From Thainema sp. (GTDB lineage Bacteria > Cyanobacteriota > Cyanobacteriia > Phormidesmidales > Phormidesmidaceae), in assembly GCA_052168235.1 (NCBI GenBank), contig JBQLZK010000015.1, positions 53,475-117,474 of the forward strand: 64,000 nucleotides of DNA. Reading direction: 5' to 3'. Shown piece by piece: positions 59,428 to 64,000 of this stretch (positions are counted from its first letter, which is position 1; each line of letters opens with the position of its first letter). The translations under genes and the position numbers were made by a program. Under the pieces are notes generated by a model that saw nothing but the letters and a program-made list of their open reading frames with translations, did not search any database and was not told where the DNA came from.

Positions 59428-59604
59428 TTAGCGCTGATAGTCTACGCCACGATAGCGAAGCCGTGCCGTTTCACGCCGTTGAGCAGATTTCTGAGTGAAT
59501 CGATAGGCCACACCGCGATACAGGCCAGAGCGTTCAACGGTTTCTATGTTGCCGATTTCAATTTGGGGCACGGTGTAAGGCTGGCCGAGGTAGGAGAGAG
59601 TCAT
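59428..59604 (-). CDS. DUF4278 small protein (58 aa; not in the ORF track)
   Basis: MTLSYLGQPY..SGLYRGVAYRF..RLRYRGVDYQR, three YRG-type repeats. AGGA RBS upstream and a terminator downstream. Confidence 0.85.
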   Translation of the reverse strand: MTLSYLGQPYTVPQIEIGNIETVERSGLYRGVAYRFTQKSAQRRETARLRYRGVDYQR

Positions 59605-60068
59605 TGGCTTGATTCCTGAAATGTAAGGGGGCTTTGTCTATAAAGGAATTCAGGCCCAATCCTTAGCATTTCAGGCTCAGTTGGGTGATGTGCCGCACCC
59701 GTCGAGGTGAGCTGGGTCATTTAGCAGGAGTGCAAGACCGAAAGGATTTATGACGTTGAGGGTATGAAGCATAAAACTGCACGGTTCAAGTTCAGCCCCG
59801 GCAAGAGCTGGGGCTGAACTTGCCCTTGGCTCTCGCACGGTCACGTCAATTGCCCCACCCCTCATCTCAGGCATACGACCCGGCACTATCGGCCTCGATA
59901 ACCACATTCATAACGATGCTTATGCTCCGTTAGCGGGCATCTCTGGATACGGTTAAACCAGTTGAAATAAACAAAGGAGAGCATATGAGTTGTGGTGGTT
60001 TTGGCGGATGCGGCTTTGCAACGGGTGCTAGCCGCGGCAGTACTGTAGACACCAAGCCCTGGAGCCAA

Positions 60069-60209
60069 ATGACGGATGGAGAGCGAGTCTTCTCAATGTT
60101 GATGACACTGCTGTTTTTCACTTTCTTGATCGGGGGCCTAGCTGCTGTTGCGAATGCAGAAACCGCTCCTCATCAGGCGTTGAGCAACCGTGTACAGGTA
60201 ACTGAATAG
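60069..60209 (+). CDS. Small hydrophobic protein (46 aa)
   Basis: GGAG RBS, then MTDGERVFSMLMTLLFFTFLIGGLAAVANA... with one TM or signal segment. A terminator-like hairpin follows at about 60268-60292. Confidence 0.5.
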   Translation: MTDGERVFSMLMTLLFFTFLIGGLAAVANAETAPHQALSNRVQVTE

Positions 60210-60438
60210 CCTTTTCGAGCTTGGGTCTACGCTGTTTCTGCTCCTATAACAAGCGATAGCACCCTTTCCCCGGCCAAGCGTCGGGGATTTTCTGTTTCAT
60301 GCCGAACAAAGGTGGTATGCTGCGATCGCAGATCAGCGATCAGCGTTAGCACAACAGAGCACCATGCGATTTGTGGGCAAGCGATATGTCGTTCCTGCAC
60401 TACGATTTGCATCTATCACCCATTAGAAATAGCTCCAA

Positions 60439-60482
60439 TAGAAAACACCTTGGCTATGAAGATCAAGCCAAGGTGTTTTCTA
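60439..60482. terminator. Hairpin with 17-bp arms (bidirectional terminator-like)
   Basis: TAGAAAACACCTTGGCT ... AGCCAAGGTGTTTTCTA. Confidence 0.6.
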
Positions 60483-61027
60483 GTATTTATTCACTGAAAA
60501 GTTAAACGTAAATCATTGCTCACAGCATTCAGTTTCGTCAGTCAAGAGACTTCCTCACATGATTGATACTGTGTAGAGATGCCTCGATACCGTCGTTTTT
60601 GCTTGTTGCGTCTCTGGGTATCTATCGCAGAGCTCTCTTATCGATTAGTCGAGGAATGATCAACAACGATGTAGAGTGCTGCTGTTTTTGGCGGATCAGA
60701 TTCAGTCGTTAAATCGATAGCAAACCTCCTATTTAACGTGAACTGAATTGTTTGAACCGAGGGAAGAAGTATTCACCTCTTGTTATTAGCATACTCCTAT
60801 CGTCATCAAATGCTGATACCTGATACCAAAGTTCATCTTTTCGCCCGATTGAGTCGCAGCGGCTGACGGGTTCATCCAATCTGAGTTTTGGCTGAAAATG
60901 GCACTCAGGTTTCTCATCAACCCCTTAAGTGAATTTCAGAACACGCTCAGAGGAGGTTCAGGTCCGTCTTGGACGATAGGCATCAACGGACAGTTACCCC
61001 TTTGATTTCATTTCAGGAGCCCCCACT

Positions 61028-61372
61028 ATGCAACTCACCTATCGTGGCCACGCTTACTCATCTGCTGCTGCAACTCTCCCCACCATCGTTGCGGAACAAA
61101 CCGTTGGGATGACCTATCGCGGCATATCCACGACCACCACGCAATACCGATTCAAAGCTACTACGCTTGAAAGCCCCAACTGGCACACCATGCGGTTTAT
61201 GGGCAAGCATTATGTAGCTCTGGGCTCTACACGGGGCTTAATCCCGTCACTTTTGGGTCAAATTTGTTGTTTACATGGTGAAATCAGCACCCATCCTCGC
61301 ATGGGTGTTTTTTCTTGCTTAGTTAGCCAGTTGCGATCGCACATTGGTTTCTTATCTACGGACTGGAGATGA
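61028..61372 (+). CDS. DUF4278-like small protein (3' end probably extended by a frameshift)
   Basis: MQLTYRGHAY..MTYRGIS..MRFMGKHY. The ORF runs through a terminator hairpin at about 61287-61313. An out-of-frame GGCTTAA at 61235-61241 matches the stop of the 8101 paralog. Confidence 0.75.
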   Translation: MQLTYRGHAYSSAAATLPTIVAEQTVGMTYRGISTTTTQYRFKATTLESPNWHTMRFMGKHYVALGSTRGLIPSLLGQICCLHGEISTHPRMGVFSCLVSQLRSHIGFLSTDWR

Positions 61373-61614
61373 CCTCAGCACGGTTGCGATCGCAGTTTTA
61401 TAGCCGAAGCGAATGAGTTGCACCTTTTTCCTTCGAACGCTCGTAACTTTTTCAAGGGAGTTCACGTCAACAGGGTTATCGGTCAGTACGTAAACAGCGG
61501 CCATCGCTGTGAAGTCTCCCATACTGGCCTCGCATCTGATAGACGGAAACCGATGTGATGATGCCATCCAGCGGTGCCGAGGCCGCATTACGTCTCTTTT
61601 TGAAGAACGAGTTT

Positions 61615-62238
61615 ATGAACATTCGAGTTGTCTTTGGCTCTGCCATTACAGCGTTCGCTGCCGCTACAATTCCAGTTGTCGCCCAGGCCGATACGGTTGA
61701 TGCTCGTTGTGATGTCTATCCTCTCGGTTCAGCGCAGGTCTCTGAAGTGATGGCCTGTACCTTCTCTCAGCGACAGGGGATCGTCGGCATCCAGCTCTCC
61801 AATGGTCGTCGCTACGACCTCATGCCCGTCGGCAACCAACCCGGAAACTATGTTGACCAAAATGGCAACGCCGCCTACCGTCAGGCTGGCTTGGCCGAGC
61901 GCGGCTTAATCTTCCAGACGGTGAGTGAGCGGATTTACGTGTACTGGGACACGGCTGGCATTCCAGGCTCTGATCCTTCCCCCATTGCTAATCGCCCATC
62001 CGGCAGCAGCGACAGGGTGACGCTCCGAGCCAGTGATCCCAATGCCCGCATCAATTTACGCCGTCAGGCCACGATTCATTCAGCCGCTACGGGATATGGC
62101 ATTCCAGGTGATCGCGTTCAGTTGCTCCAGTGTCTCCAGGATACGGATCAGCCCGAGAGTGAGTTGAGCTGGTGTCAGGTGCGCTTTCCTCGCTCACAAG
62201 CGGTCGGCTGGATCCGCAGCGATTTCATCCTCTTTTGA
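61615..62238 (+). CDS. Secreted protein with C-terminal bacterial SH3 domain
   Basis: Signal peptide, DARCD..CTFSQRQG N-domain, and INLRRQAT..GYGIPGDRV..WCQVRF..GWIRSDFI SH3b motif. Confidence 0.8.
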   Translation: MNIRVVFGSAITAFAAATIPVVAQADTVDARCDVYPLGSAQVSEVMACTFSQRQGIVGIQLSNGRRYDLMPVGNQPGNYVDQNGNAAYRQAGLAERGLIFQTVSERIYVYWDTAGIPGSDPSPIANRPSGSSDRVTLRASDPNARINLRRQATIHSAATGYGIPGDRVQLLQCLQDTDQPESELSWCQVRFPRSQAVGWIRSDFILF

Positions 62239-62384
62239 GCTTGGCTAAATCCGTTGACGGGGTGCATTGCGATTTGTCCTGATCCGTCTCCTTGTGCAAA
62301 CGAGGTGTCAGGGGAAGATGTCAAGTCACTCATCAGGACCATCTGAAATTCACGGTGAACTTTCTATCCACTCTAGAGAAACCT

Positions 62385-63767
62385 ATGGCGACGTTCTACG
62401 GGACTCCGAATCATGATGAATTGAAGTATCCCCTCAAAGGCACAACAGGGAACGATATCTACTATGCTGGCAGTGGCAACGACAGTATTGATGGTGGCCC
62501 TGGCAATGACACGATGTACGGCGGCCCAGGCGATGACGCCTACTTTGTGGACTCCAGCGGCGATCAGACAATTGAATACTGGAATGAGGGCACCGATACG
62601 GTGATCAGCTCGATCAACTTTAGCCTCAGAAATCACATTGAGAATCTCACGCTAACGGGCAGTGCCTATAGCGGGCTCGGGAACAGTCTCAATAACACCC
62701 TGCGAGGCAATCATCTTGCCAATGCCCTCTATGGGTATGACGGCAGTGACTCCCTCTATGGCTTTGACGGCAACGATACGCTCGATGGTGGCAATCACAG
62801 CGACTATCTCTATGGTGGTGGGGGGAATGATAGCCTCAACGGGGGCAATGGCGATGATTTCTTATTCGGTGGCGAGGGCGATGATTACCTCTTTGGGGGC
62901 GATGGATATGGCGATGATTATCTAATTGGAGATGCCGGGAATGACACCCTCAATGGAGGTAATGGCGACGACATCTTGTATGGTCTCGTCGGCAATGATT
63001 ACCTGATTGGTGGTGTCGGCAACGATACGATGTATGGCGGTGTCGGCAACGATACGTACTATGTAGACTCGACGGTTGACTTCATTAGCGAACGCTTGAA
63101 TCAGGGAACAGACATCGTCATCAGCTCTGTTAATTTTTCTCTTCCAGATCAGGTCGAGAATCTCACGTTAACGGGTACTGCAAGGAGCGGTGTTGGCAAT
63201 AGCCTCAACAATACTATTTACGGGAATTCCTCTGCCAATTCTCTCTATGGCAACGACGGCAATGATTACCTCAATGGTTATGGTGGTGATGATTGGCTCT
63301 CTGGAGGCAATGGCGATGATGCGATTGTCGGTGGCGCGGATCAGGACACCCTTTGGGGCAACTCTGGTAATGACACTTTAATCGGCGATGCAGGTGATGA
63401 CATTGTCCTAGGTGGCGATGGAAGCGACAACCTGGTCGGTGGCGATGGTAACGATGAACTCTTTGGCGAGGTGGGCTCTGACACGCTATTAGGCGGTTGG
63501 GGTGCCGATATATTTGCCCTTAGCTATGACCTTGATGGAGTCGATACCGTTCGAGACTTTAACTCAGCTCAAGGGGACAAGATTCATATTCCCGCTTTCC
63601 TCTTGGGTCAGGGAGCCACTCGACAGGACGGGTTCCGCTATAACAGCACAACTGGCAACTTGTTCTACGATCCAGATGGGGATGGCCCAGTTGCCGCCAT
63701 TCAGTTTGCCGTACTGGCCAACAAACCCGCTTCATTCAATCCCAATACAGACATTGTTCTGGTTTGA
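62385..63767 (+). CDS. RTX/hemolysin-type calcium-binding repeat protein
   Basis: Many GGxGNDxLx nonapeptides, two ENLTLTG blocks, and a C-terminal D..RDF..DKI..YNSTTGNLFYD..QFA type I secretion-like tail. Confidence 0.92.
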   Translation: MATFYGTPNHDELKYPLKGTTGNDIYYAGSGNDSIDGGPGNDTMYGGPGDDAYFVDSSGDQTIEYWNEGTDTVISSINFSLRNHIENLTLTGSAYSGLGNSLNNTLRGNHLANALYGYDGSDSLYGFDGNDTLDGGNHSDYLYGGGGNDSLNGGNGDDFLFGGEGDDYLFGGDGYGDDYLIGDAGNDTLNGGNGDDILYGLVGNDYLIGGVGNDTMYGGVGNDTYYVDSTVDFISERLNQGTDIVISSVNFSLPDQVENLTLTGTARSGVGNSLNNTIYGNSSANSLYGNDGNDYLNGYGGDDWLSGGNGDDAIVGGADQDTLWGNSGNDTLIGDAGDDIVLGGDGSDNLVGGDGNDELFGEVGSDTLLGGWGADIFALSYDLDGVDTVRDFNSAQGDKIHIPAFLLGQGATRQDGFRYNSTTGNLFYDPDGDGPVAAIQFAVLANKPASFNPNTDIVLV

Positions 63768-64000
63768 CATAGGGAGCCACCGACATTGGCTCAACGTTGG
63801 CACGCAGAACAGTCGGCATAAATTGCATTATGCCGATTGTTCTGAGTATAGGCCCTAATAGTTGGCTGCGGTCGCAGCCCCGAATTAATCGGATTCGGTT
63901 TCAGTTGCCTTAATCAGTCCAGCAAGTGAAGAGTGTAGATCCCGCAAGGGTATGTCAAATAGATTGTGTCAAAGCTAAAGACTAAGTTGGAAAGCGCTCG

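Noticed and set aside
60540..60730. Possible further DUF4278 remnant on the minus strand (KRRYRGISTQY after AGGAGG)
   Set aside because: Only one short motif, with an in-frame stop and no proper start. Too weak to call.
62450..63510. GGCAATGA/GGCGATGA-rich repeats
   Set aside because: These are coding RTX nonapeptide repeats, not a DNA element.
369..63858. Numerous short ORFs overlapping or antisense to long genes
   Set aside because: Shadow ORFs with no recognisable motifs, lying within well-supported CDSs.
1..64000. Frequent GCGATCGC palindromes
   Set aside because: This is HIP1, a well-known cyanobacterial genome signature. It is used only as taxonomic evidence.

Overview
This looks like a segment of a cyanobacterial conjugative plasmid or ICE: the HIP1 octamer GCGATCGC is frequent and the TonB receptor carries an AMIN domain. 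1-7.9 kb is backbone: the end of a type IV secretion operon (VirB10-like protein, VirD4-like coupling protein), parA-parB, and a DUF1016 nuclease. An identical 20-bp parS-like palindrome occurs in the parA promoter and inside parB. 9.1-11.3 kb holds a RecD2 helicase. 11.8-55.7 kb is a lipopeptide siderophore cluster with Fur-like boxes, of the beta-hydroxyaspartate (cyanochelin-like) type. Its assembly line is FAAL-ACP-C-A(Asn-like)-T, KS-AT-KR0-ACP, C-A(Gly)-T-C-TauD, I-A(Asp)-T-E, C-A(Thr)-T-C, stand-alone TauD, I-A(Asp)-T-E-R and a class III aminotransferase. The cluster also encodes a TonB receptor, periplasmic binding protein, MFS transporter, methyltransferase, sucrase-ferredoxin and PvdQ-like acylase. 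56-64 kb contains decayed genes, an IS4 remnant, DUF4278 small proteins, an SH3 protein and an RTX protein. Three signals stand out as unexplained. (1) Three copies of a 48-bp 19-10-19 palindromic site (8662, 11436, 58062) bracket recD2 and the whole siderophore region like cassette boundaries. (2) 7/8-bp tandem repeat tracts sit at the same position in all five amino-acid adenylation domains, and one tract frameshifts the Thr NRPS in a way that a single-unit change would reverse. (3) The line combines a dead KR, a T-E-R terminus and a stand-alone aminotransferase. All calls come from reading the sequence; no database searches were run.
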